Shown: positions 11,579 to 24,045 of the stretch, piece by piece | Layout: each line of letters starts with the position of its first letter | How positions within the stretch are numbered: position 1 is the first letter of the stretch | Assembly (NCBI GenBank): GCA_965153455.1 | Contig: OZ234493.1 | Span: forward strand, 34,400,213-34,464,212 | Source: Sphagnum compactum | Lineage: Eukaryota | Direction of reading: 5' to 3' | DNA length: 64,000 nucleotides | The notes under the pieces: model-generated | Seen by the model: only the letters and a program-made list of their open reading frames with translations | What the model was told of the DNA's origin: nothing | The model's database searches: none | Program-made: the position numbers and the translations under genes

Positions 11579-14374
11579 TCAAGTTGCTGGACAACTTCTT
11601 GCCGAGGATTGCATTGTAAATCGCCAGAGGTCCAAAGCTATTGTTGCCTCCTGTTCCTCCTCAGGCATCTTGTATGGGGCTGGAAGCTCATATCTCAGCT
11701 ACAAAAAACCATCATCTCCCTCAGTCTAGTTAAGAGACTATTAAATGGGTAGTATACAGGTCCTGCTCTTGCAGAATACAAGAAAATAGTCTCCTGGGTA
11801 TTGCCATTTGCCTATCAACAGCATCCTGGGGAGTGGGAGTGGACAGGATATAAATTTGACACAGAGATGTGTAGCCACTTTTCAAGCCATAATCCACATG
11901 TTCTAGACATACCTCACACAAAACTTCAGTAGACTGTGCTCCCGCACCCAACGCAGCCTGCTTCACTTGCTGCCACATGTGAAAGCAATTGCTGCCATTG
12001 AAATTTCCACTCACAAGACATGTTCCTCAATAGGACCAAAACAAGATGAGGAGAAAATACCTTTCTAGTGGCTGTTTTGTGCAAGGAATAGACTGTCTGA
12101 GCCACCTGTTCACAAACCTCAACAGTGATGTTGATGAGCCTAGAGACCACAAATTTGAATGGTCAGTCGACAGTATGGTCCTGTGTGACTACAACCAATT
12201 ACAGTTGACTTGAACCATTAACCTTGTTCAATTTTCACGTGCTTGAACAGGCTAGAACAGCCTTGAATCTTATAAGGTTACTGGAAAGAGAACAATCATC
12301 AATCTGCTAGAATGTGGATCATGACCTTGAATGCATTTGAAAGAAACTCCATGTCAGGCATTCCTTTGTGGCGATGACCAAGTGGGGGAAATGTGACAAT
12401 GGTATCCACCAATGACCCTACAATTTTGACAGCATGCAATGCAATGTACTCTGTTTAGTTTGTGATGTATTAGATACAAGGAGAAAACCAGAAGTTTCAA
12501 CACATCATACAAAATGTGATAGCTCAAGATTACCACGCCATGGTAGAGGTTGAGCAAGGTCACATTGCATCAGTTCCATATCCACCTGTTCCCTACACTC
12601 TGCCATGGTAAGCATCACCCAAAGCCTTCATGACAGTAATGTCACAGTTTTGGTGAAAAAAATTGGCAACAGTTTGCAACTGCATCCATTAAACTCAAAA
12701 TAGCATTGCAGAACTGCACCATATGTAGATTAGACCTAAAATGTGCCACTTGCACTAGAACTAACCTCTGATATCCAACATCAATGTAAGCATATTTGTG
12801 AAAAGAGCAATTGGATTGGTCCTTCGCTCTGTGGAGTGACAATAAAACTACCTCAAGCTCCTTAGAGTTGTGTAAAGCCATGTTCAAAATATCAGCATCA
12901 ACATCGACACCTATGACTTGCCTGCCCACCTGTCCTCCTACATTTAGAAAGTCCAGACAACTTGAACACTGCCAAAGAGTGAAACATAAATGCAGCACCA
13001 TTTTGCTCTCTGTTGTGTCCTGTTTCAATTTCTCAAAAAAAGGGGTGGAGAGTCATGATAATTTACGCTGCATCATACAAACAAGCAGCAATTCCAAGTG
13101 TGCCAACTCCACAGCCAAGGTCTGCTACAATCTTGCCTGCTATGTCCCCATATTTGGTTTCTGCCTGGAAATGTGATCAGACAAATTCATTGTAATTTTT
13201 TCAACTTCTGTCTTGCATCATTTTAACTTATAGCATTAGGGTTCTTGAATCTCCAGAAGACAATCCACCCCTGTACAGTTTATGGTGTAATCTGCAGAAG
13301 AACATCAATTTTTTCCCATGAAACTAACATACTCGAAAATTGATTGCAACATGGACTGTCCTGATCATGCATGTTGTACCCAATCACAGGACTCAGACCA
13401 AGAGGGTTGCAAGGGACTGATAGGGATTGCATGCATATGAATGGAGAGAATGGTCCAGTTTTTGACACAGTAATCAGCATCACTAGTACTTGGCGCACCG
13501 TTAACAGCTTGACGTAAAATCAAATCACAAAAGAACAATTTGTATCTATCCCTCTGATTTCATGTGAATTGTGAAAACTGCTTGTTCCATAGAGTAGAAA
13601 TTACAGTTGCTTCTTGTTCATGGGAGACACAAGAATACAGCTCAACAAATCTCACTTTGGTCATTAGTTGAAATCATCATCCCAAGCACTAAACTAAAAA
13701 CAGATTGGGGATCGACACAATCTATGAACAAGGATCCAGAGCTATGGAGATCATTGTTGAACCTGCCAATTTGCCTTCTAGGGTTAGGATCCTTGGTATA
13801 TCAAATTACCATAAAAAGCATGCAGGATGCAAGATTTGCACCAATTGGGTATTGCTCCAGTTCCCACTGTTCAATGATTGCACAAACACAATGCAAGGAT
13901 TACCTTCTGACACCAAAATCTGCTATGAAACTGGGTGCAGTCAGACAGTGTTTCTTCTTTTCCTTTTTTTCCCTTTCTTTTCTTTTTTTGGGAGGGTGAT
14001 GGGTTTTTTCTCTTCCTTTGGATACTTTCACGTGGCTGGAGAAAATGAAATGAAAGGAAAGTGGGAACACAAAAGAAAATCTTGTGCAGCTTCAACTCCA
14101 TGGGGTGTATATAATTCTCCAAAAGAAAAAAAAGAATCTTTGCAAAATTTTGCAACTCTCACGCACTTTTTTTTTTGGGGATGCAAATGCGCAAAAAAGA
14201 AATCCGAGATGGAGGAACTCAAAAAAAGAATCACAAAAACTGCAAACCAGTGAAACATTGGATTAGGTCATCACTTACTTTGGGTGACCCAAACAGTTTG
14301 ATGTTGCTCAAACTCGACTCCAGTTTCCTGTCTCTTCCAGCTTCCTTTGGTATATGATCTCTAGAAGTAGACAT
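11579..14374 (-). CDS. METTL5-like (rRNA N6-adenosine methyltransferase family) protein, about 228 aa, with degenerate catalytic motif; exons 14374-14279, 13866-13810, 13164-13067, 12921-12852, 12585-12534, 12417-12326, 12105-12061, 11969-11913, 11698-11579
   Basis: All eight introns are GT..AG and phases match (687 nt, no internal stop). Family motifs: KLESSLSNIKLFGSPK|WELEQYP, YGDIAGKIVADLGCGVGTLG (SAM motif I), VIGVDVD, VDTIVTFPPLG (canonical VDTVVMNPPFG), DMEFLS, VYSLHKTATR, EVLCELRYELP, LDLWRF. Confidence 0.88.
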
Positions 14375-15865
14375 GGGTGAGACGGACAAACAGACGGGAT
14401 TCCACAATCGCCACGACACTTGCGACAATTCTAGCGTGGACGTGCTGCTGCAACGACGAGCTGTTTTTCCTGCTCTTGTCTGAGCGACGGTTGTTTGGTT
14501 GTTTGTTCTTGGAACTGAATTCAATGTGAACAGGATCCCAATTTTTTTCTTCCTTTTTTCTTTGTGAGAGTGTTTTTTTTTCAAGGACTGTTTGTGGAGT
14601 CTCATCTTCAGTGTTTCAAATTTGTGTCCTTGTTTGAATTGTGTGACTTTGTTAATTTCAATACATTACTTGAATATCAGGACATGTAGTAGGAGGAACA
14701 ACTTTGATTGATGGTGCTTTTGTTGTCCAAAATCCAGTTTGTCTTGTTTTTGTTGGACTTTCACGTGATACTCTCAACATCTTTGTTCCCTCTCTAGCTC
14801 CCCATAGCTTGCTCCTTTCCAGATTGCAAGGCAGCATGCAAATGAAATATACAAATGGGATGTGCATGACTGGCTACTCAACGAGGGGAATGCACCTCTG
14901 GTGGACATGGTGTATAACGTAAGTGCAGATATGGTGCACTACAACCTTGCTACCATCTTTCAGTGTCAGAGTTATAAAACCAATAACCTCTGGATTCAGC
15001 TACATGCATCATGATGGCATGAGGTTTAGGCACACACCAAATTTGCAATTTTCAATTGTGTTACAATTATCAGAAGTTATGAAGGTGTTCAGCATTGTAG
15101 CTGTGGACCTTAAAGACAAAACATTTATTGGATGAGCCTATTTTGGAGCACAATCTCCTAACTGGGAAGCTCACCTTTGTGAACCATGCTTGAACAAACT
15201 GGGAAGCCCTCTATAGGTATGGGAGTTTGATGGGCGGTTATGTAACCCACTTAGGTATATCATACCTGTAACTGATGTTTGGCATTTAATAATCCCCAAG
15301 ATGGGTGGTTGGAGAAAAACAAAATTGACATTGTTCTTCCAAACTCAGAAAATCTCCAAAACTGTGCATCTTGATACAACAATTTTAGTGATCTTAACAG
15401 TACTTTAGAGAGATATATGTTACAGAAATGTGCTGATTTTCTCATTTTCTTTCACTTCTAGAGAAGGTTATATTACACAAACAATTTTAGAATCCTTCAT
15501 CATGAACCGGACTGCACACAAGACATTACATTCATGTCCTCCAAATTTTGAAGTACCTGGAGTGTTAGTCCCAATCTTCTCAAAATCCCATCCATAAATA
15601 CTGAGATTGTAATAACCACACACTTCCTTTTTATGACTCTTCTCATGGATTGAGTGTTGCCTTGCTAGTGACTTTTGAAATGGCTAATTCAGGTCACAAA
15701 CATGTAACGAACAAAGGGGAAAAAACAGTCAATTAGTTACCCACTCCTCACCTAAACCTACTATGCTGGTGAAGTAAATCCAATCCAATACAAGCACTTT
15801 GGGAGTGAAGTGGAGTAGTTCACCAGCTCATGTTTTGAAATGGATGTGAGCCGGTTGCCTTGATT

Positions 15866-17363
15866 TTATGAGGATTGATTGTCTTCTGGAGGACCATCAC
15901 CTTGTTGCTCTTCCATTTGTTTCTTGAGTTGTTCCAGGGGTCCCCAAACATGTTGTCGTGTGCTTTTGATCGTCTTTCCCGCACATTTGCAAACAGTTTT
16001 GTTCATGTTGACTCCACAATCGATGCAAAGACCTTTGCATGAAGGGTCACAGAGTGATGATGATGGAATCTCAAGGTGAATTGTGTCCCGCAGGTACTTC
16101 GAGATGTCCACCTCTTTGGCATCAAGAGGGAAATGGAGCTTGTCATCCAAGTCAAGGTCTAAGACTGCTTCTCCTTCATCATCCTCATCTCCTTCAAATC
16201 CATATTTGCTGCTTGTGTCTGCCCCAAGCACCACTCCCACTGTTTGTTGTGGGGGCTCACTCACTGGATTTGTTGTCAAAGTAAGGTTGAAGGTTGCAAA
16301 CACTCGCTCAGCTACTGGTGCTAGACACCTTGCAAACACAGTATTTATTCCAACACCCACATTATCAAACACAGTTTCACATTTCCCAGGTTGAGAGATT
16401 CACGTTCTTCTGTGTGAAAGAAAAGGAGGAAAATCTCCACCCACCAACCCTAAACCCTAAAGTTGAACTTACACATATGAGAGAGTTTACTGGATATGCT
16501 AATGTTTGCAAAGAATTTCCACCATCAGGACTTACCGATTGCAAACCAAGCCAAAAGCAGTTCTTATGATTCCATCAAGTTGAATATCTCGCCCGTCTCT
16601 AGAAGCATCAATGGAGATCTGCACAGGAGTGATGAGCTCCTCTGTTTCCGATTCCAACTCATCGAGCAGCCCCATTGACAAGGCCAAGGCCCTCGATAGT
16701 TCTGATGAAAGGATTGAGAGCCCAAGTCTTTCCAATGAAGTGACATGCTCAACCCGTGCCTGCACTGCACTTCGCTTGAAGATTATGGCACCTTCCCATG
16801 GTGTGTCTGCTTCTTCCTCATCTTTTTCCGTCACACCTAACATTAGGAAAAAAATTGTCTCAGATGACATCACACACAACTCATCATGCACAGTACCCTA
16901 AAAGATATTGAAATTCCTAGAGGCAGCAGATGGGGCTAAGCATCTGATCAATTTGTGCTTGCAATTATGATGATGATGGCATGTAGCACATGGACTTACG
17001 AACTGGAAGAGCATTGCATAAGTGGAGAGTTGCCAACTGTGTGCTGCATTTCTTGAATGGTGGAATTGATAGCCTGGAATGCAAGTGCCTTGATGATTGC
17101 TCTTCTTCCCGTACTCCAGCCAAACTGGTATGAAACCTGTGGTGTCTTCTGGTGTCAATCACACTCCAATTGACTCTAAGAAATGGTGATGATGATGCTC
17201 CTGTATTATCTCCTGTCTTGAAGAGAGCAACATCACTGCGCAAGGATATGCTGCACAGATTCTTACTTGAACACCCAACTGAAAATTTTGTTCCTGCCAT
17301 ATGTAGCAGCAACAAGCTCTCAGGGGTCCAAGTTGCAGCAGGAGCACAAGAAGAGATTGCCAT
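15866..17363 (-). CDS. YCED1: Plastid large rRNA subunit accumulation protein YceD/DUF177 homologue 1; exons 17363-17000 (least certain), 16836-16536, 16328-15866
   Basis: Conserved blocks: TPWEGAIIFKR...VEHVTSLERLGL, TPVQISID...LDGIIRT...CNR|CLAP, DKLHFP..KEVDISKYLRDTIHLEI...CDPSCKGLCIDCGVNMNKTVCKC...WGPLEQLKKQM. The Ser/Ala-rich N-terminus is transit-peptide-like, and splice phases are consistent. Confidence 0.9.
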
Positions 17364-17704
17364 TTCCTTCCAAGGTTTTTTCTTTCTTCACCCCTGCACC
17401 CAGGAACAAAACAAAATAAATCTCCTCTTGGATTGTGTTGTTGTCATAGTCTTCTGTAGTAGCTACTGGTGATGGGACATTTGAATGGTGGGTGCTTGCA
17501 TGCGACATTGCAAGCACTGAAGAAAAACCTTAGACATTTGAGGCCTCCATTTGCAAAATCCTGTTCTCTCTTTTCCTCTCAAAAAAGACAAGATGCAAAC
17601 CAGGTTTCTTTGATGATTGTCCAAAGCAGAGGGGAAGAATTTCTTGCTTACCCTAATTGTGATAGAGTATTCACTCGCATGGAGAATAAAACACTGGGTG
17701 GGTT

Positions 17705-18472
17705 CTAGAGCCCACGCTTCTTGCCACGTGGCTTCTCCTTCTCCAGTTCCTCTGCTACAAAAAATTAGGATCATGTATTTGGATCAGATACCAGAGCGCA
17801 AGCACTTCTCAGATTCCAAAAGACTCTGAAGTCAATCACACACACACAGAAGAAGGAGATACGTATCTAACAGAGACGTCAAGGATTGACAGAGACACTT
17901 GGAGCACTCGTTTCACTACACACCCTTTTGCACATAGAAAAAGGGGGGAAGAAAGAAGAGTGCAGGAGGCGGTGGTGCGGTCCCTCACTTTGCTGAGACT
18001 TTGTCGCCGCTGCCACTGTTGAGCGGAAGAAAATGGTTCCTCGCTTCTCGTAAACTGCCTGAAAAACCCACAAAACTCGGAGTCGCAACAATACTGACAA
18101 CATGCAGAAATCCGAAATTTGGACCCAAACATTCAAAGAGGGTTTAGGGTTTAGGGCTTAGGGCGCTTACTCTTTTTGGAGGCAAGCTTGTGATCTCTGC
18201 AAGAGCAACCTCCAGCTGATGAACCTGCAAGCAAAATTCGTCTCCCCCGTCAGTCACACAGGCTGGGGGGTTGGTTGGTTCATCATCATGAAAACATCAA
18301 CGAGAGAGAGAGACAGAGAGCATGACTGCACAAGAAGAATTTCAAAAGACGAGGAGGAAAGCTTGCTTGACTTGACGCGAGAAACAAACAATGCAAGCAA
18401 AAGATTGTGCAGACAGACCTTAGATGCTTGCTGCTGCTGCTGAGAGGATGGATCAGCAACGGACGAAGACAT
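17705..18472 (-). CDS. ASDURF-like beta-prefoldin-type microprotein, 74-75 aa; exons 18472-18419, 18224-18171, 18058-17989, 17754/17751-17705
   Basis: Spliced product: MSSSVADPSSQQQQQASK|VHQLEVALAEITSLPPKR|AVYEKRGTIFFRSTVAAATKSQQ|(K or TE)ELEKEKPRGKKRGL*. All introns are GT..AG with matching phases. The core E-x-x-x-L-P-x-x-R-AVY-x-K-x-G-x-IFF matches my recollection of ASDURF-family proteins (helix - beta hairpin - helix). Confidence 0.8.
18139..18163. repeat. Short interstitial telomere-like tract (AGGGTTTAGGGTTTAGGGCTTAGGG) in microprotein intron 2
   Basis: Visible TTTAGGG repeats. Related motifs at 16446-16461 (YCED1 intron 2) and 18660-18668. Confidence 0.7.
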
Positions 18473-18659
18473 AACTACCCACCTCCGAAATCCAAACAAA
18501 AAGCTTCATGAAAAGATGGGCAAACTGCTGTTGGATGGATGGGTGCAGCAACAGAATCCAAGTCCTAACAACAACAACAACAACACTGGCCGCAAACCAT
18601 CTACCGAAGAGAAGAAGACGATGACTAAGAAGCAACCAACAAGTGGCTTGGAGTTCTTC

Positions 18660-18668
18660 AAACCCTAA
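18660..18668. promoter_or_regulatory. Telo-box (AAACCCTAA) about 190 nt upstream of the microprotein ATG
   Basis: Exact motif in the presumed promoter/5' UTR. Function is inferred. Confidence 0.45.
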
Positions 18669-19049
18669 CGGATAAAGCTCGTAACTTTGGCGCTGCTACC
18701 GGTACGCTCTTCTTCTGTTGTAGGCAGGGTAGAGTGGCCGGTGACCGAACACTTAGTGTGTCAGTCGCCTCCCTCTCACTCGGTACACCTCCTTTCTTTA
18801 TGGGGTCTGAAAATAAAGTGTAGAGGACTTGAAGGTGCACCCACAGCCCTTTACATCACTCAAAACGGGTGAAAAATGAGAAAGAAATGCCTCTCTAAAG
18901 TTCGGGTGGTAAAAAGATTTGAGAAAAAGAAACCCTTAATACACATGGCAGCTCAGCTCATGGGAGAGTTTTTATTTTGTCGCTTCCAAACCAAACAGTA
19001 ATATGCTGATTACTGGACTTTACTTACTCGCATGGATGAAGAAAATTAC

Positions 19050-19495
19050 AATCAATTTTTTTTTTCAAAATGATCTTTCATTTTTAAACATACGGTTGAA
19101 ATTTAATTTAATTTAATTTAGAGTTTTAAAATCAATGATAATGTTTTAAACAGATGGTTGAAATTTAATTTAATTTAATTTAGCGTTTGAAAATCAATGA
19201 TAATGGTTTTTTTTTCAAAATAATCTTTCATTTTTAAACATATGGTTGAAATTTACTTTAATTTAGAGTTTTTAAATCAATGATAATGTTTTAAACATAT
19301 GGTTGAAATTTAATTTAATTTAATTTAGCATTTGAAAATCAATGATAATGAGTTTTTTTTCAAAATAATCTTTCATTTTTAAACATACGGTTGAAATTTA
19401 ATTTAATTTAGAGTTTTAAAATCAATGATAATCTTTTAAACATATGGTTGAAATTTAATTTAATTTAATTTAGCGTTTGAAAATCAATGATAATG
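19050..19495. repeat. AT-rich tandem repeat, about 148-bp unit made of two related subunits, 3 copies
   Basis: TTTTTCAAAAT(G/A)ATCTTTCATTTTTAAACATA recurs near 19061, 19211 and 19356. GGTTGAAATTTA(ATTTA)n...AAATCAATGATAAT occurs six times. Confidence 0.9.
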
Positions 19496-21167
19496 GGTGT
19501 GAAATCTTTCCATTCACCAAACCCTTGTGCAATTCTCAAAGTTTGTGCGCCTGAGGTACTCATCTTGATCACTCCGTTGTTTCTTCTTGTCATTGTGATC
19601 TTGGTTCCTCTTAGTCATTGTGGTCTCAGTTCCCGTCAGGCATTGTGCTTGTGTCTTTTTTCTTATTGTTATATTTTTGGTATTTTTCTTGATCACCATG
19701 CTCTTGGTGTTATTTTTTGGAATTGTGGTGTTTTTTTTTTTTTTTTTTCTTATTCGTGGTTTTATATTTCTCTTAGTCATGTTGTGGTGCTCTTGTTTTT
19801 CTTGATGATTGTGGTCTTGGTGTTCCTCTTCATCACCATGGTTTTACTATTTTTCTATTGCCATAGTTTTGGTCTTCCCCTTAATTGTTGTGGTTTTGTA
19901 TCTTTTGTAATTGTCATGGTTTTGGTGTTCCTCCCAATTGTTATGGTCTTGTGTTCATCTTTATTGTTGTGATCTTGTGTTTTTCTAGTTGTCATGATTT
20001 TGTGTTTTACGTTTATTTTTTACTTTGCTTCAGGTGCTTTTATTTTGTTTATTCTCAATGCCCGTAATCAATAGAAGGTAGCAACCTTGTTACTTTGTGT
20101 CTTCATGTTTACTAACTAGCCCATGCTTGTTGTCTAGTCTCCCGTTGAAACCATGTTTGCATCTAAGATTCATGCCTTTATACCTACAAGGATTTGTTAA
20201 CAAACCTATTTAAAAGTTTTGGTGGAATCTATGACCCACCTCCCTTACAATTGCTAAAGTCCAAGCTACAACAAATTATGCTTTAACATGTTTTAAACAA
20301 CTCTTTGGGCTACTCAATATATTGCAATCCCTAGATTTGCTATTCTTTTCAATCAATTGATCTCTTTTTTTTTTTTGCATCCTTTTCTAATTTCTTGTGC
20401 AATTGTTTTGTCCATGGTTTTTTTAAAAAGAAATATTGAAGTATCCAATAGATGTTACAACATGTGACTAAAAATAATCAACTAATGGTTATTTTTCTTT
20501 TGTTTCTTCTACAAGTAAATGAAGCATTGAAGAAAATTTATGCAAACACATGGGGTCTTGGGGTTAGATTTGGAGGAGGTTGAGTTTCTTGGAGCACTTT
20601 AGGACTACGTTCATTTAAGTTTTCAACATCGATATCCTTTGGTTGCTTTTTAATCACCATAGGGCTTTAAAGCATATGTACATAGTAACATTGGTCATTT
20701 TTTGACTTATTAGTAGGCATTTTTCATCTATTATTTATTGAACCGTTTTAATTACATGTAGAAGTTTTACAACAAAAGACTTTTCCCCCCAAGCTTGATT
20801 GTGATCAGTTTCTTCATTTATATTATATTCATTTTCATTTTTGTGGCCATTGATGTTTATTGCAATGCATATATCTAAAGGTTGAATCTTGTTGTCCATT
20901 ACCTTAAGGCTGAAAGGCCATCTACTCATAACATTGAATTTAGATTTGATGTTTTTTTTTATGAGTGATTATTAAAATTTGATCTACCCATCCAACTAAG
21001 GATATCTAATCGAGTTCCATGTGATTGTTTTTAAACATAGTTGCATCTCTAACCTTTTTGAATATTATTTTAAATGGTTTAAAACAAAATATATTTAATG
21101 GTTGTAGAACATGTGATATGTGGGGGCTAAAATCACACTAAAGTGCTACACTTTGGATGTTCGGGAA

Positions 21168-21989
21168 TGACGCGCTCCTTGGTCCCGGGGTGAACCCACT
21201 TGAGGGTTCACCAATGTGAAGTTGCGGAAAGTTGGGACCAAAAGGCACGCTCCCGACTTCCAACTCTAGAAAGGGGTAGAGGGTCGAGTTAGAAGCCCCG
21301 GGATTAGACTAGGAAGAGGGACTAGATGATCAAGCTTGAATCTGCATCCAAAAACCAACCACGGGAGGTTAGTTTAGCATTCAGGACACTCTTTGGTGTT
21401 GGGACTTGCCACGGGCACTTGGACACACAAGACTCACCACGGCCCGGACTCGGGGGGGAAGCCACCACCTTCCCCCTTATAGTTATCTCTGCAGCTCGCC
21501 GTGGAGGCTACATCCAAATGGCACATTTTGTTGGGACTCCCGAAATGGAGTCCCGAAATTGTCCCGGCTGGACTCCCGGAACTTTGAACGGCCATAACTC
21601 CCGACTGCAGAGTTCGATCACGACGAGGTCTAGACCAAAGTTGTAGCCCTTGTCGAGATCTTTCCAACGCCATGTCGCACTCTCAAATCGGATGTCGGGA
21701 AGAGGTCGATTCCCGACTTTTAGTGGTCGGGAGTCAAACTGCCAGTTTGACTCCCGGCCCTTCTTTTGCCCATAACTTGGGCTGCAGAAGCCCAAATGAC
21801 CAATGCGAGGCCATTTTCGATATCTACGTTTCAAGACCTTTTCAATGACACCAAGAACACCCCAATGCGAGGTGTTTTGGGCCTTGCTGTCGAGCTCCGA
21901 ACATTCGGGAGTCCCAGAGGACTCCAAACCTCCAACTTTTCCAAGTGTTGGGCTTCACCCCCACACTTGGACAAAGTGGGGTTGCGACA
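21168..21989. mobile_element. Solo LTR (822 bp)
   Basis: TG...CA termini (TGACGC...GCGACA), flanked by the 5-bp direct repeat GGGAA (21163-21167 and 21990-21994). GC-rich and homologous end to end with 23226-24045. Confidence 0.88.
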
Positions 21990-23225
21990 GGGAATCTATT
22001 TTTCACAGTTTTTTAAAGTTCAATAATAGTTTATTCCAATTGATATGTGCAAATGATGAAATGGGATTCATGTCAAGAATGAATTCATACATCAAAACAC
22101 TATGTTCATGGTCAAATCTTTGGTATTCAATTTGTTATGGATTTTTTAAGTTATACAAAAACACTTGTCTGGTCAAGGATAAATTAAATGAACTCAATAC
22201 ACCTTAATATAATGTCTTTTATGAATAAATGAATCAATGGTAAGATAATATTGTGGTAAATTGATATTAAATAAGACAATTTGAAAAGATTTGATGATTA
22301 AATTTTGAAATGTATATCAAGTATGAAGCTTCTAAAAGAAGTCCTCCATTTGTTGAAAACAATGATTTTGATGTTCATATTTCAAATATTAGATTATCAT
22401 AAAATAAGTTAAAGATGCTTAAATCCTTATGGAAAAATATCTTATAACACCCTACCGCATGGCCCATTTGATTCAAGGTATCTTGTTTTTGCCTATTTTG
22501 TCATACTTTCCTATTGTATTTTATTTCATAATGGACTAAAAATGGAGTATTACGATGTGTTGTTTTTGTTCCACTCTAATGTGCTTTCACCCTAGGATGA
22601 TAAAGTGCTCATGTCTAACCCACATTCTCATGCATGTTCTATTGCTTCTAAAGTAAAATGGTTGCCATGCCCCCAAAACTAAAAAATGAATATTGGTGAG
22701 AGTCACACCCCTATAAACTTTATGAAATATAAAAAATTCTTTGAACAAGAAAAAAATCATATGAACTCTCTTTTGCATTGTAATGCAAATCCCTGGTTTA
22801 TAGAATTTAATGTAATCATTGTGTAGTCTCTTTCCTTTGAAAATGTAGAACCCTAATAAAACACCTCTTACAATGTTTATAGCACAATTTATAATTAATC
22901 ATTAGTAAGACTTGGGGATGGTGCTATAAATTACATTTGATCTTTTTTTTACTTGTATCATGTCAACTTGAATGTCAATTTCATTTAGGAATAATTGTGC
23001 TTATAATTGTACTAATTTATAGCATAATTGTGTTGACTATATAATGCTTGTAGGTTATTGTAGAAAAAATGATAAGAATTAGGTGTTAATCATTGTGTTT
23101 TATAAATTTCCAATCCTTCTACTTGTTGAATGTTCATGTCTGAATGTCTATACTTGAACCAATACCACTAGCTCTTACATGGTATCCCATCTTGGAATGG
23201 TGTAACCCTTGTTTGTGTGAGATTT

Positions 23226-24045
23226 TGACGCACCCCCAAGTTCCTTGTTAGACCCAAAAAGGGTCCAACTATGTTAAAGAGCGGAAGTAGTTGGAACTTG
23301 GTGCCGCTCCCAGCTTCCAGCACTGAAGGGGGTGAGAGGGGCGTGCTGAAAGCTCCGGGATTAGACTAGGAAGAGGGACAACGTATTTAGTTAGTCGGTC
23401 CTGCATCAAAACCAACCAACAAGTTGGTTAGATCGCATTCGGAATCAACCTTGGTGTTGGGACAAGCCACGGGCAACACGGATTCACTTGACTCATCACG
23501 GCCCGGACTTGAGGGAAGCCACCACCTTCCCCCATATAGTATTCTCTGCGTTTGCCCACAGCACCTACATCTGAATGGCTTTTTGTCCCGGGACTCCCAA
23601 GGAGAAGTCCTGAAACTGTCCCAATTTGGACTCCTGGGAGTTTGGAAGCTCATAACTTCCAGCTCAGACCTTTGATTGGGATGAGGTCTAAAGCAAACTT
23701 GTAGCTCTCCTCAAGAGCTTTTCAACGATGTGTTGCACTTCACCTTCACAGACCGGGATCGGGTCGATTCTTGACTTTTAGTGGTTGGTAGTCAAACTAC
23801 TAGTTTGACTCCCGGCCCTTCTTTCGACCATAACTTGTGCTGCAAATGTCTGAATGGCTCATGCGAGATCATTTTCGACATTTACATTTCTAGACCTTTC
23901 CAACGATATAAAGAACACCTCAATGCGAGGTGTTTTGACCCTTGCAATCAAGCTCTGAGTTTTTGGGAGTCCGGAGGACTCCAAGTTCCCACTTTTGGGA
24001 GTGTGAATTTCATCCTCACACTTGCCTCAAAGTGGGGTTGCGACA
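23226..24045. mobile_element. Solo LTR (820 bp), same family as 21168-21989
   Basis: TGACGC...GCGACA termini with 5-bp TSD GATTT (23221-23225 and 24046-24050). Confidence 0.88.

Noticed and set aside
12120-12185. Alternative METTL5 exon carrying the missing NPPF motif
   Set aside because: The in-phase reading hits a stop and contains no NPPF. The true homologous exon is 12417-12326, which encodes FPPL.
13705-14253. 182-aa plus-strand ORF
   Set aside because: Antisense to METTL5-like introns 1-2 and exon 2, low complexity, with no recognisable domain.
19487-20067. Hydrophobic 161-aa ORF resembling a membrane protein
   Set aside because: Arises from T-rich low-complexity repeats (TTGTGGTCTTG-like), with no family motif or splice structure.
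21168-24045. A single intact LTR retrotransposon or TRIM bounded by the two LTRs, and the ORFs inside the LTRs
   Set aside because: Each LTR has its own distinct TSD, the outer flanks do not match, and there are no gag/pol motifs. The ORFs are by-products of GC-rich LTR sequence.
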